This document shows positions 12,867-26,273 of a DNA stretch of 64,000 bases, piece by piece (position 1 is the first letter of the stretch; each line of letters begins with the position of its first letter). The position numbers were made by a program, and so were the translations under genes. The notes beneath the pieces were generated by a model. That model ran no database searches, had not been told where the DNA came from, and worked only from the letters and a program-made list of their open reading frames with translations. The DNA is from Mytilus californianus. Lineage: Eukaryota. The DNA lies in the NCBI RefSeq assembly GCF_021869535.1, contig NW_026262734.1, forward strand, positions 111,290,001 to 111,354,000. The letters run 5' to 3'.

Positions 12867-12872
12867 AATAAA
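12867..12872 (+). terminator. Candidate polyadenylation signal for the K2P gene
   Basis: AATAAA about 430 bp after the stop; AT-rich context makes it weak evidence. Confidence 0.35.
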
Positions 12873-13539
12873 AATCCTTTATTTTATCCAAATATCCAGA
12901 AATTTACTGCTTTTGTATTATTGTCTTCCCGTCCTCTTATTCACCGACAGGTTTTCCGTATGCAAAGATATTAAACACGACACTTTTTTTTAGAAATTCG
13001 GCAGTCGCACGGCGTAAAGGCGAACGGAAAAAACCGTCATCACAGTAAACAACCGTAGAAGGAAGTTAGTATTAACTGGTTCAGAAAGAAAATTTTAGTA
13101 CACCAAATTCATTTAACAACTGTTATGATAAAGTTTAATTAACAAATGGGGGCACATTGAAAATATGAATAAAAAAAAATAGATATCGCTCTACCATCTC
13201 ATTTCTTATACACGTGCTCCATGGATGATTATGTGTTGCTTGTTTACCAAGGTCATGGCCGATTAATTTCGGCACCACATACCGAATGTTAATAAGCAAC
13301 CAAAGTTTTGGACCAACAATCACCGATTTTGCGATATGGGCTCGTGATAAATGTTTTGAAAAAGATTATTTAGTTAAGTATGTATGCATTGATTGGTTTA
13401 ATAATTTTCTTAACATTATAATTATCAAAAACTAGTTTCATATGGCTTTATTCATTCAAAGTGTTTTGTACTTTTAAAAAATAATTTCATCTGTTCATAA
13501 TTAGATTTTTGTACTTACAGTATTGTACATTTAAATTGC

Positions 13540-14586
13540 TTTTTATACGCCCGTCAAATTTTTGACGGGACTTATTATGTTATACAAATGTCCGGCGTCC
13601 GTCCGTCTGTCTGTCCAACCGTCTGTCTGTCCGGCCGTCTGTTTGTCCGTCTGTCTGTCTGTCCGTCTGTCTGTCCGGCGTAAACATGTCGCACCGTAAC
13701 TTGAAAATGACTTATCCAAATTTCATGAAACTTAACATAGTTGTTTCTTATGATGGTCAAACGATCTGTATACTTTTTGGTGAAAATTAAATTAAAACTT
13801 TTCGAGTTACGGGACTTAGTAACTAAAACAGGTGTGTGTTTTGTTTTTCACATGTCGCGCCGTATCTCAAAAACAATTTATGATTATTGCTTAAAACTTT
13901 ACACACTTCTTAATTATATTAATCTTAAGATCTGTATACTTTTTGGTGATGATTCAAAATTTTATTTTAGAGATATTGAGTATTTTGTTAAAAAAGGGGG
14001 AGGGGTTTTTCACATGTCGCGCCGTATCTCAAAAACAGTTTATGATTATTGCTTAAAACTTTACACACTTCTTAGTTATATTAATCTAAAGATCTGTATA
14101 CTTTTTGGTGATGATTCAAAATTTTATTTTTGAGTTATTGAGTATTTTGTAAAAAAAGGGGAGGGGTTTTTCACATGTCGCGCCGTATCTCAAAAACGAT
14201 TTATGATTATTGCTTAAAATTTTACACACTTCTTAGTTATATTAATCTAAAGATCTGTATACTTTTTGGTTTTGATTCAAAATTTTATTTTTGATATATT
14301 GATTTTTTTTTTTTAAAAGGGGGGTTTTCACATGTCGCGCCGTATCTCAAAAACGATTTATGATAATTGCTTAAAATTTTACACACTTCTTAGTTATATT
14401 AATCTAAAGATCTGTATACTTTTTGGTTTTGATTCAAAATTTTATTTTAGAGATATTGAGTTTTTTGTAAAAAAAAAAGGGGGGTTTTCGCATGTCACGC
14501 CGTATGTCAGAAACTATTTATGTTTATTGCATAAAAATTCACACACAAGACGACGGGCGTATCATGCGCTCATGGCGCAGCTGTTT
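13540..14586 (+). mobile_element. HINE/DINE-1-like element with four ~160-bp core tandem repeats
   Basis: Inverted repeats ATACGCCCGTC (13545-13555) and GACGGGCGTAT (14552-14562); (GTCY)n microsatellite; cores start at 13849, 14011, 14172, 14329 and 14489; 3' hairpin TGCGC-TCATG-GCGCA at 14565-14579. Confidence 0.85.
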
Positions 14587-16349
14587 ATTCACAAATGAAC
14601 TAGTCAAGTTGAATCATACGTTTTAAACAGAAACATTTCAAATACAGTATCGTCAAACATTTGGGTTTTTTTTGGGGGGAATGGGGGGGGGGGGGGGGGG
14701 AAGGGGTAGAGAAGCAGCCTGATTGTTGAGTGACTCCAAAACATTTCCGATCAATAACGCAAAAAATATTCAATATTCAATGTTTTTTCAACTTTAATTT
14801 GTTTTTGCTTTCAATTCGTCAATATTGACATTTTTTCTCTTTTGCAGTTCATCAGTTTTGGTGCTTTTTTTTATAAATTGAGCTATGTGTCGTTTCTGTG
14901 CGACAACGCGAAATCTGTTCAATCAATCCGTTTCCAAGTTGAACATGTTGTTTCACATGACAAAATGATTTTTCGCGATTACATTTGCTGCTAAGGAGTT
15001 TTGGTCCTTGAATGATTAATACCTCATAGTGTCTGTGTATTTAGATAATTTGAGAACCGTTCAACACATCCTTTTCTAATTAAATAAGATGTGTATGGTG
15101 ACAAAATAGGAGTTCATCTCCATTTAGAAAATTTTACTTGTACTGTGTAGGAGCATGGAAGTATTATTTTACTTTCATGGTAGGAGTTATTGCACTTTTT
15201 TACTTTCACAATATCACATACACGGTTCGCTTTTATTTTCACAGCCTTTGTGCAAAAACGTCTTACGCTGTGGGAAAATATTGATTTTTTTTTATTCTAC
15301 AAGGGTATAGCTCATGATTATTACATGGAAACCCAGCGGGAAATAATATTTTACAGTATGTATCTAAGGGAAGTAACCTTTTCAGAAAATAAAGTGTTAT
15401 CCTGGTTTCTAATCCACTTATCATACACAAACATCATTTCATAGTTTAATTGCATTTCTTTTTCCAATAAATTTTAAAATTTGTATATATTCCTCTGCAC
15501 AAGTCTCCTTTAAATACACCTATATAAAACAATATCGCTAATACCGGTGCTAGGGGCCATCTAGAACTAGCAGTTAGATGAGAATTCCTGCTCCATATTG
15601 GAGGCTTCACTGTAATTTATAGATGGAGTACAGCAATAAAAGCGTGTTCTTTTGCATTTCCGTTCTTTTTATGTTCGCGTAATGATTTTGTGGCACGAAT
15701 TGTTACACAATAGTATTTTCCATTATATATATGAAAAGTAATTATTTTTTAAAATAAATTGTCCATTGAGCTGTTGGTTTGACCATATCCGTCTTACAAA
15801 AAATATGTTGTTACCATGGATAATATAAAGACACTAATATTTAAATAAAAACAAACCAAAAGAACGACTTTCCCTGTATGTTTGTTTTGCTTATGAAAAG
15901 GATTATATCAACGTTATTATTAAAGTTCTCGTGTTCTCGTGGTTGGTTGATGCCAAAAATATATATTAGAGAATATACTTCATCTATATTGGACTTATTA
16001 TAAAAATAAGAAAATGTGGTATTATTGCCAATGAGACAACTCTCCACTAGAGACCAAAGGACATAGATTTATTGCAGACATGTCCGGTCCATGGTTAGGG
16101 AAGTTTTTTTGTAGATTTTTAATCCAATATATGTACGATTGAAACTCCAAATTTATTCATACTTTTCAAGTTTGTATCTTTATTGTATGTTATTATCATA
16201 TTGAATGCATGTATTTATTTCATTGTCCTTTGAGAGAAAGAGAGAGAAAGAGAGAGAGAGAGAGAGATGACCATAAGTTCTGCTACATTTAAGTTTATCA
16301 AATTATTCAAATGTTCATACAGTTATATTAAACATTATGTTTCCTGTGG

Positions 16350-19300
16350 TTGAGTTATGATTAAAGCTATGTCCAGTAATTTGGAATTTGAAGTTATGTC
16401 TGGCCCTTTGTGGTTGAAGTTATGTCTGGCCCTTTGTGGTTGAGTTGGAATTTGAAGTTATGTCTGGCCCTTTGTGGTTGAAGTTATGTCTGGCCCTTTG
16501 TGGTTGAAGTTATGTCTGGCCCTTTGTGGATGAAGTTATGTCCGGTCCTTTGTGTTTTAAGTTATGTCTGGCTATTTTTGGTTTAAGTTATGCCTGGCCC
16601 TTTGTGGTTGATGTAATGTCTTGTCCTTTGTAGGTGAAGTTATGTCTGGTCCTTTTTTGTGAAGTTACATTTGCCCCTTTGTGGGGGGAAATTATGTCTG
16701 GTCCTTTGTGGGTGAAGTTATTTCTGTTCATTTTGTGGGTGTTGTTATGTCCGGTCCTTTTTGGGTGAAGTTACATTTGCCCCTTTGTGGGTAATATTAT
16801 GTCTGGCCCTTTGATGTTGAAGTTATTTTTTTGTTATTTTGTAGGTGAAGTTATGTCTGGTCCTTTGTGGGTGAAGCTATGTCTGGCCCTTTGTTGGTGA
16901 TGTTATGTCTGGCCCTTAGTTGGTGGAGTTATATCTTGCCCTTTGTGGGTGAAGCTATGTCTGTCTTTTGTTGGTGAAGTTGTCTGGCCCTTTGTGGTTG
17001 AAGTTATGTCTGGTCCTTTGTTGGTGGAGCTATGTCTGGCCCTTTGTTGATGAAGTTATGTCTGGTCCTTTTTTGGTGAAGTTATGTCTGGTTCTTTGTA
17101 GGTGAAGTTATGTCTGGCCCTTTGTTGGTGGAGCTATGTCTTGCTCTTTGTTGGTGAAATTATGTCTGGTCGTTTGTTGGTGAAGTTATGTCTGGTCCTT
17201 TGTAGGTGAAGTTATGTCTGGCTCTTTGTGGTTGAAGTTATGTCTGGCCTTTTGTGTGTGAAGTTATGTCTGGTCCTTTGTGTGTGAAGTTATGCCTGGT
17301 CCTTTGTGGTTGAAGTTATGTCTGGCCTTTTGTGTGTGATGTTATGTCTGGTCCTTTGTGTGAAGTTATGTCTGGTCCATTGTTGTTGAAGTTATGTCTG
17401 GCCCTTTGTTGGTGGAGCTATTTCTTGCCCTTTGTTGGTGAAGTTATGTCTGGTCCTTTGTTGGTGAAGTTGTGTCTGGTCCTTTGTAGGTGAAGTTATG
17501 TCTGGCCCTTTTTTGGTGATGCTATGTCTTGCCCTTTGTGGTTGAGTTGGAATTTGAAGTTATGTCTGGCCCTTTGTGGTTGAAGTTATGTCTGGCCCTT
17601 TGTGGTTGAAGTTATGTCTGGCCCTTTGTGGATGAAGTTATGTCCGGTCCTTTGTGTTTTAAGTTATGTCTGGCTATTTTTGGTTTAAGTTATGCCTGGC
17701 CCTTTGTGGTTGATGTAATGTCTTGTCCTTTGTAGGTGAAGTTATGTCTGGTCCTTTTTGTGAAGTTACATTTGCCCCTTTGTGGGGGGAAATTATGTCT
17801 GGTCTTTTGTGGGTGAAGTTATTTCTGTTCATTTTGTGGGTGTTGTTATGTCCGGTCCTTTTTGGGTGAAGTTACATTTGCCCCTTTGTGGGTAATATTA
17901 TGTCTGGCCCTTTGATGTTGAAGTTATTTTTTTGTTATTTTGTAGGCGAAGTTATGTCTGGTCCTTTGTGGGTGAAGCTATGTCTGGCCCTTTGTTGGTG
18001 ATGTTATGTCTGGCCCTTAGTTGGTGGAGTTATATCTTGCCCTTTGTGGGTGAAGCTATGTCTGTCTTTTGTTGGTGAAGTTGTCTGGCCCTTTGTGGTT
18101 GAAGTTATGTCTGGTCCTTTGTTGGTGGAGCTATGTCTGGCCCTTTGTTGATGAAGTTATGTCTGGTCCTTTTTTGGTGAAGTTATGTCTGGTTCTTTGT
18201 AGGTGAAGTTATGTCTGGCCCTTTGTTGGTGGAGCTATGTCTTGCTCTTTGTTGGTGAAATTATGTCTGGTCGTTTGTTGGTGAAGTTATGTCTGGTCCT
18301 TTGTAGGTGAAGTTATGTCTGGCTCTTTGTGGTTGAAGTTATGTCTGGCCTTTTGTGTGTGAAGTTATGTCTGGTCCTTTGTGTGTGAAGTTATGCCTGG
18401 TCCTTTGTGGTTGAAGTTATGTCTGGCCTTTTGTGTGTGATGTTATGTCTGGTCCTTTGTGTGAAGTTATGTCTGGTCCATTGTTGTTGAAGTTATGTCT
18501 GGCCCTTTGTTGGTGGAGCTATTTCTTGCCCTTTGTTGGTGAAGTTATGTCTGGTCCTTTGTTGGTGAAGTTGTGTCTGGTCCTTTGTAGGTGAAGTTAT
18601 GTCTGGCCCTTTTTTGGTGATGCTATGTCTTGCCCTTTGTTGGTAAAGTTATGTCTGGTCCTTTGTTGGTGAAGTTATGTCTGGTCCTTTGTAGGTGAAG
18701 TTATGTCTGGCTCTTTGTAGTTGAAGTTATGTCTGGCCTTTTGTTTGTGAAGTTATGTCTGGTCCTTTGTGGGTGACGTTATGTCTGGTCCTTTGTGTGT
18801 GAAGGTATGTCTGGGCCTTTGTGGGTGAAGTTATGACTGGTCCTTTGTGTGTGAAGTTATATCTGGTCCTTTTTTGTGAAGTTCCATTTGCCCCTTCGTG
18901 GGGGAAATTATGTCTGGCCCTTTGTGGGTGTTGTTATGTCTGGTCCTTTTTGGGTGAAGTTACATTTGCCCCTTTGTGGGTAATATTATGTCTGGCCCTT
19001 TGATGTTGAAGTTATTTTTTTGTTATTTTGTAGGTGAAGTTATGTCTGGTCCTTTGTGGGTGGAGCTATGTCTTGCCCTTTGTGGGTGAAGCAATGTCTG
19101 GCCCTTTGTTGGTGAAGTTGTCTGGCCCTTTGTGGTTGAAGTTATGTCTGGCCCTTTGTTGGTGGAGCTATGTCTTGCCCTTTGTTGGTGAAGTTATGTC
19201 TTGTTCTTTGTTGGTGAAGTTATGTCTGGTCTTTTGTAGGTGAAGTTATGTCTGGCCCTTTGTTGGTGGAGCTATGTCTTGCCCTTTGTTGGTGAAGTTA

Positions 19301-20309
19301 TGTCTGGTCCTTTGTTGGTGAAGTTATGTGTGGTCCTTTGTAGGTGAAGTTACATTTGCCCCTTTGTGGGTAATATTATGTCTAGCCCTTTGATGTTGAA
19401 GTTATTTTTTTTGTTATTTTGTAGGTGAAGTTATGTCTGGTCCTTTGTGGGTGAAGCTATGTCTTGCCCTTTGTGGGTGAAGCTATGTCTGGTCTTATGT
19501 AGGTGAAGTTATGTTTGGCCTTTTGTTGATGGAGCTATGTCTTGCCCTTTGTTAGTGAAGTTATGTCTGGTCCTTTGTTGGTGAAGTTATATCTGGTCCT
19601 TTGTGGTTGAAGTTATGTCTGGCCTTTTGTGTGTGAAGTTGTGTCCTGTCCTTTGTAGTTGAAGTTATGTCTGGCCCTTTGTTGTTGGAGCTATGTCTTG
19701 CCCTTTGTTGGTGAAGTTATGTCTGGTCCTTTGTTGGTGAAGTTGTGTCTGGTCCTTTGTAAGTGAAGTTATGTCTGGCCCTTTGTTGGTGGAGCTATGT
19801 CTTGCCCTTTGTTGGTGAAGTTATGTCTGGTCCTTTGTGTGTGAAGTTATGCCTGGTCTTTTGTGGTTGAAGTTATGTCTGGTCCTTTGTTGGTGAAGTT
19901 ATGTGTGGTCCTTTGTAGGTGAAGTTATGTCTGGCTGTTTGTGGTTGAAGTTATGTCTGGCCTTTTGTGTGTGAAGTTATGTCTGGTCCTTTGTGTGTGA
20001 AGTTATGCCTGGTCCTTTTTGGTTGAAGTTATGTCTGGCCTTTTGTTGATGGAGCTATGTCTTGCCCTTTGTTGGTGAAGTTATGCCTGGTCCTTTGTTG
20101 GTGAAGTTGTGTCTGGTCCTTTGTAGGTGAAGTTATGTCTGGCCCTTTGTTGGTGGAGCTATGTCTTGCCCTTTGTTGGTGAAGTTATGTCTGGTCCTTT
20201 GTTGGTGAAGTTATGTCTGGTCCTTTGTAGGTGAAGTTATGTCTGACTCTTTGTGGTTGAAGTTATGTCTGGCCTTTTGTGTGTGAAGTTATGTCTGGGC
20301 CTTTGTGGT
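16350..20309. repeat. Satellite array, 26-bp unit, about 150 copies, with a ~1.1-kb higher-order repeat
   Basis: GAAGTTATGTCTGGYCCTTTGTKGGT repeated; diagnostic variants recur at 16441/17543 and 16681/17782/18898. Confidence 0.95.
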
Positions 20310-21198
20310 CACTGAACTGATGAAGTTATCAAGTTATCATGAGTTTGATCGTTCCTGATGAAGCGTAATCCATATAAGCGCTTCGGACGCACCAAATGTA
20401 TAAAATCGTGAGAAGTGCTGCCGCCTGGAGGTGCTGTAGAAGTCTTAATGGTGTAAAGGCTATGTACTGGTAGGAAAAACTTACGCACTCGGCTTTCTTT
20501 TCACCTACAAAATATGCAATGTATTATGTGTCGAAGTTGAGTATAAAGGTGTATTCAGAAAAAAATTAAGACAACTCTCAACCAGAGACCAAATGACGCA
20601 GAAATTAATAACGATATGTCACCGTGTGATCTTCAACAATGAGCAAAACCCATGCCGCATAGTCAGCTATAAAAAGCCCTAAAATGACAAATGTTAAACA
20701 ATTCAAACGAGAAAACTAACGAACTGAATTATATACAAAACAATGAACGAAAAACAAATATGATACACAGCAACAATGTTTGTGTAATTCAAGCAACAAT
20801 CATCAAATATATGAATTACCTATATAAAAAGTCATTAATATAATTAATAATAGTATTTGAAATAGATAAAAGGTTCCTAAAACAAACTTGTTTTGCAAAA
20901 GATAGAAAACAATCGTGAATTATACAGGTGGATCTTCGTTTTGCCTCGTTACTGTAATTAATTTTGGGCGTCAGAAATCGTTAATCCTATTCTTTTTCAA
21001 AAAGAGGCCAAATCGTCTATCAACAATTGTTAATGAAAGCTGCTGTGTATAGCCAATTCTAGGTCTACAGTCAGTTAAATTTCAGCTTAAAAACCATTTT
21101 ATGCTACAAGCTGACCTACGACTTTGATTAAGAAAAGTGAAAAATGATAGATCGGTATATTCTCATTAAAGATATCAGGCTTTGAATTTACGCCCTAC

Positions 21199-21236
21199 TC
21201 GCGTTTCATCTATACAAGACTCGCCAGTGGTGCTCA
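21199..21236 (-). ncRNA. Decayed hammerhead ribozyme motif
   Basis: Minus strand reads GAGCACCA CTGGCGA GTCT TGTAT AGAT GAAA CGCGAG; core A6 is mutated. Confidence 0.45.
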
Positions 21237-21409
21237 AAACAAAAATGTTGGACGGCCAAAGCAAGTACAAAACAAGAAATGATTGTAACAGGATGCTGTT
21301 ACGAATTCTCCCAAATGAAGCTCCCATAATTCGTCATTCCCATGGTCGCCTGACATTGGGCAAAGTCCAGTAAAAATTCGTTTGGTCCAGTAAAGTTATA
21401 TGCATTAGT

Positions 21410-22140
21410 GACGCCTAGGGACTGATCCTGTATGCCATTTAAATCTTCGTGAAATGACGAACAGGTTTATATGGTTTAGGGGTGGGGATCTCGACCATTT
21501 ACAAGATATTAGAACATTGGGGGTGGGAGGAACCCCTTAAGACTGACCCTATATATCATTCAAATCTTCATGACATGACAAACAAGAATATAAATGGTTT
21601 AGGGGTTGGGATTTCGACAATTAACAAGATATTTGAATATATTTAAATGACAGGGGGTGGGGATGACCCTTTGGGCCCTACCATGTATATAATTTAAATC
21701 ATCTTGGCATGACAAACCAGCAAATATATGGTTAAGGGGTGGGGATCCGGACCACTTACAAGATATTAGAACTTTCTCAAATGGCAGGGGGTCAGGATGA
21801 CTCCTGGGAACTAACCCTGTTTATTATACAAATCATCTTGGCATGACAAACCAGAATATATATGGTTTAGGGGTGGGAGTGACCCCTGGGGACTAACCCA
21901 GTATTTCATTTGATGTGCCTTATCATGACAAACCAGAATATATATGGTTTAGGGGTGGGGATTTTGACCACTTAGAAGATATTAAAACTTTCTCAAATGG
22001 CAGGGGGTGGGGTGACCCCTGGGGATTAATCCTGTATTTCATTTGATGTGCTTTATCATGACAAACCAGAATATATATGGTTTTGGGGTGGGGATCTTAA
22101 CCACTTACAAGATATTAAAACTTTCTCAAATGGCAGAACA
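21410..22140. repeat. Degenerate tandem repeat, ~80-135-bp units, about 6 copies
   Basis: Recurring CATGACAAACCAGAATATATATGGTTTAGGGGTGGG blocks. Confidence 0.8.
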
Positions 22141-22257
22141 TTTTCAATTATAAAGATTGTGTCTATCACTAACTGTTTTCAAGTTATAATCATTTGAAAA
22201 AAAAAAAAAAAAACGTGTGTCTAGTGCACAAAATCATAAACCTGGTATCTTTGATGA

Positions 22258-23045
22258 GTTTGTTTTATACTATTCTAGAGTATCTGATGTCCACGTGTTT
22301 GTTTCGTACTATTCTAGAGTATCTGATGTCCACGTGTTTGTTTCATACTATTCTAGAGTATCTGATGTCCACGTGTTTGTTTCATACTATTCTAGAGTAT
22401 CTGATGTCCACGTGTTTGTTTCGTACTATTCTAGAGTATCTGATGTCCACGTGTTTGTTTCATACTATTCTAGAGTATCTGATGTCCACGTGTTTGTTTC
22501 ATACTATTCTAGAGTATCTGATGTCCACGTGTTTGTTTCATACTATTCTAGAGTATCTGATGTCCACGTGTTTGTTTCATACTATTCTAGAGTATCTGAT
22601 GTCCACGTGTTTGTTTCATACTATTCTAGAGTATCTGATGTCCACGTGTTTGTTTTATACTATTCTAGAGTATCTGATGTCCACGTGTTTGTTTCATACT
22701 ATTCTAGAGTATCTGATGTCCACGTGTTTGTTTCATACTATTCTAGAGTATCTGATGTCCACGTGTTTGTTTCATACTATTCTAGAGTATCTGATGTCCA
22801 CGTGTTTGTTTCATACTATTCTAGAGTATCTGATGTCCACGTGTTTGTTTCATACTATTCTAGAGTATCTGATGTCCACGTGTTTGTTTCATACTATTCT
22901 AGAGTATCTGATGTCCACGTGTTTGTTTCATACTATTCTAGAGTATCTGATGTCCACGTGTTTGTTTCATACTATTCTAGAGTATCTGATGTCCACGTGT
23001 TTGTTTTATACTATTCTAGAGTATCTGATGTCCACGTGTTTGTTT
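22258..23045. repeat. Highly homogeneous minisatellite, 39-bp unit, about 20 copies
   Basis: TACTATTCTAGAGTATCTGATGTCCACGTGTTTGTTTCA; nearly all variation is at one or two positions (TTCA/TTCG/TTTA). Confidence 0.97.
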
Positions 23046-23877
23046 GGGTTTATGTTGATCAAGCAATTGTTTTGTATTTTAATGTCTATGTTGTTTTTAC
23101 GGTTATGGTTTTTATCACCTCCGATAGGACACACTAGAGGAAATATGATACAAAGGCTAACAACGATTTGTTTTAAAAATCATAAAAATACTATATAAAT
23201 GTAGCTTTCAAAAACTGCATAGAATTCAGAACAAAGAAAGATAAAATGACAGACGCTATTTCAGTTTTAAGGGAAAAAACAAGTTCTAAATAGTCGCTTA
23301 TACATAACTTTTAACCAACTGATGTTAAGCTTGAACGCACAAAAACTAGACTATATTTGATACTCCCTGAATTATAAAACTCCATATTCATTGCACCTTG
23401 GATGAAGAATTTTTCACTCTTTATTTTGACCAAGTGTACCGACCAACACGATAGCTTTTCTAACGTAATTGTAAGTTTTCATTGACGGAGAACAAGAAAA
23501 ACACATCGACTGTAAATCCGGCAATGTCATTACAACTTTGATGTGTCGAAAGTTTCTTCGTTAATTTGCCGTTGCGAACATATTAATAAAAATCATCATT
23601 TCCTGTCAAAATTTCCGTGGTAATAGCCATTCCAGAAAAAATATAATAAAAACATATCATTTGTACATTCACAGAAAATCTCGAAAACGGGTATTGTTTT
23701 CATAAACATCATGATGTAACAAAAGTAATCAATTTTTAAGTTTTGATTATTTACATGTATTCACATCAAAGAATACAGTAACGAATTCTTGACATGTTTG
23801 CAATTAACCAATTTCCTGATGTTGAAAAACATAAGAGTGTGACTGTGGTTACAAAATTATAATGAATTGAACACCAA

Positions 23878-24120
23878 TGAGATAGAAGCAGACGCAGGCA
23901 TACATTTATGAAATAGAAGCAGATGCAAGCACACTCTATATAAGATAGAAGCAGACGCGAGCGCACACTTGTGAGATATAAGCAGACGCAAGCACACACT
24001 TAAATGAGATAGAAGCAAAAGCGAGCACACACTTATGAGATAGAAGCAGACGCGAGCACACACTTATGAGATAGAAGCAGACGCAAGCACACACTTATGA
24101 GATAGAAGCAGACGCGAGCA
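23878..24120. repeat. Minisatellite, 31-bp unit, about 8 copies
   Basis: GAGATAGAAGCAGACGCRAGCACACACTTAT starts at 24037, 24068 and 24099, with degenerate copies upstream. Confidence 0.9.
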
Positions 24121-26273
24121 TCAGCTCATCAGAAAGTATGCAAGTAATAAACCTCACTATATCATCTCCTTATTTAATAAATCAGAGACTCTATGCAGTG
24201 TTTGTCTTATGTCATAAATTTATTGTTTTTTTTTCTTTACATTTAAAAAGAACTGGTGTTGCTGGCAGATCATTGAGTGTTACATTTCTTCTCAATTTTT
24301 GTAGGGTAGGGATAATTAGGAACTTTATGATTTGTTTAAACACCTGTTTATTATTGAATATAAGAAGTTGTGGTATATGTCATAACTATTGCCGATCAGA
24401 CAACTATCCACCAGAATCCAAATGAAAATCGACTGTATGTTACCCTTAACATGTATTTTTGGTTAATTTTATCGCTGGATTGTTGTCTTATTAAAGGTTT
24501 ACAACACATCGTCTTTTATTCAAACATATGATGCTGATTTACGTATGCGCAAGCGCAAATAATGTGTTGTTTGAATTTTTGATTACACTTCTATAGATTA
24601 GAGAAATCGAAACTCTTGAAAACCAAATATATGAAGTGACTTGCATCATCCCACATGGTTTTATATAATATATCATATATAATAACGATTATCTATAAAA
24701 CATATCATAAGATGTTATTACTAACTCAAAATATTTTAATTCCTTTTATCTGAACAGCCTCCGTGGATTGTGTTCTCTCTTAAAATGTTCGATCCCTGGT
24801 CAGTTATGCCTCAGACATGGTATTTGCCGCCTCTCCGCTTATCCCTCAATTTTAAAATCAAAAGTAAAACACTGACTAGAGTATGATTTTCCTTTGCTTG
24901 GTTAAGACGTATTTCTGCAAACTGTTACCTAAAAGAATTTTAGGCACTAAATGGATTTGTTGACATTTCAATATTCTTTCTCAATTACTAGAAAAACACT
25001 TTACATACCATTCAATGATTGGAATACAATTTTATGTTTTCAAGACGTTCGTGTAATTGACGATCGCGTGCCTGGCGGTCATTGAAAGGGACACTAATGC
25101 AAATTCGCATGCCTTTTAACCTTTGACCGTACAGTAAAATGCTTTTTAACATAGTATTACAAAGTTCTTAAATTATGCATCTTCTTAATTGTTTTGTTAC
25201 ATGTAAACAGTTGTTTTTATTGCAGTGTATTGAAGTCTGATAGCGCATGCCATAGATAGCATATAATCATGTTTACATGAAAAGAACAATATATAATTAT
25301 TTGTAAACAAAGACTTACAACACCTCTGGTCATTTTTACATCCAAAACTTGTAGCAAAATATTTACAAGCTATGTTTTCTTGTCAATTTCTGCATTATTA
25401 ATTATTTATGTCTAGGGTAGAAAACTTGTAATTAGTCTTAAGTAGTATGCTTTTTAGGGGTTATATATAGAAAACAAATGTTTTCATGAAGTACATTTTC
25501 GTCCTGAACATAAGGGTTCGGTTGGATAGGTAAGACGGATTTTTTTCTATACAGATTATTAATTGAGAAGCATTTATTTACAGATATTTATTCTACTTTT
25601 TGATGGTAAAAAAGTCACATAAATTTGTACAATTTGTTTGGAAATATATGAAGATAGCTTATCTTGAATATTTAACGAAAGTTAATTTTATTTAAACAAA
25701 ATTACTAATATATACCAAAGATAAGTATTGAGTAAATTTTTATAGTAAATGCCAGTAATCAAGTAACCCTGACTTATTGAGAAATAACAAAAGTAGTAAA
25801 TTTACTGATAAAATAATTCTAAGAAACATAAAAAAATCTTTACTGTTCGATAACACAAAAAGCAAACTTTGTCAATAAAAAGATGACATATTTTTTTTCG
25901 AATAATTCAAAATTATCGGTAGCTTATAAAATAACTGTTGATACATCGGATATCCTTGTCGCAAACTTTGAAAACAAAATTTATTGATTACACAATGCAA
26001 AAAAAAACGAAAATATTTTCATCGATACTTTCATTTCCATGTTTATTACAAACATCGTTAGGCTTTCTGTAATTCTTGAAACATGTAATATTGAGTTTAA
26101 TTTCACGGGGAGGGAAAATTAAAAATGAATCTCGTTAAATCTTACCGCCAGGGCAAGTAACTAAGAGTGCAATCATCTTCTTGTTGATATTTTGCTTTAC
26201 AAATATCAAAGGGGTATGTGAACTGATTATGTCTTCATGTACATATATATTCTTCTTCTAACAGAAATCCAGT

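Noticed and set aside
9316-19243. ORFs at 9399, 13741, 14332, 18821 and 19034
   Set aside because: All lie in minisatellite or HINE core repeats.
22194-23198. 334-aa and 306-aa ORFs of 13-aa repeats
   Set aside because: By-product of a stop-free 39-bp minisatellite open in two frames; non-ATG or poly-A-derived starts, no splice support.
25097-25104. POU octamer ATGCAAAT upstream of gene A
   Set aside because: Single AT-rich 8-mer expected by chance; no equivalent seen before genes B or C.
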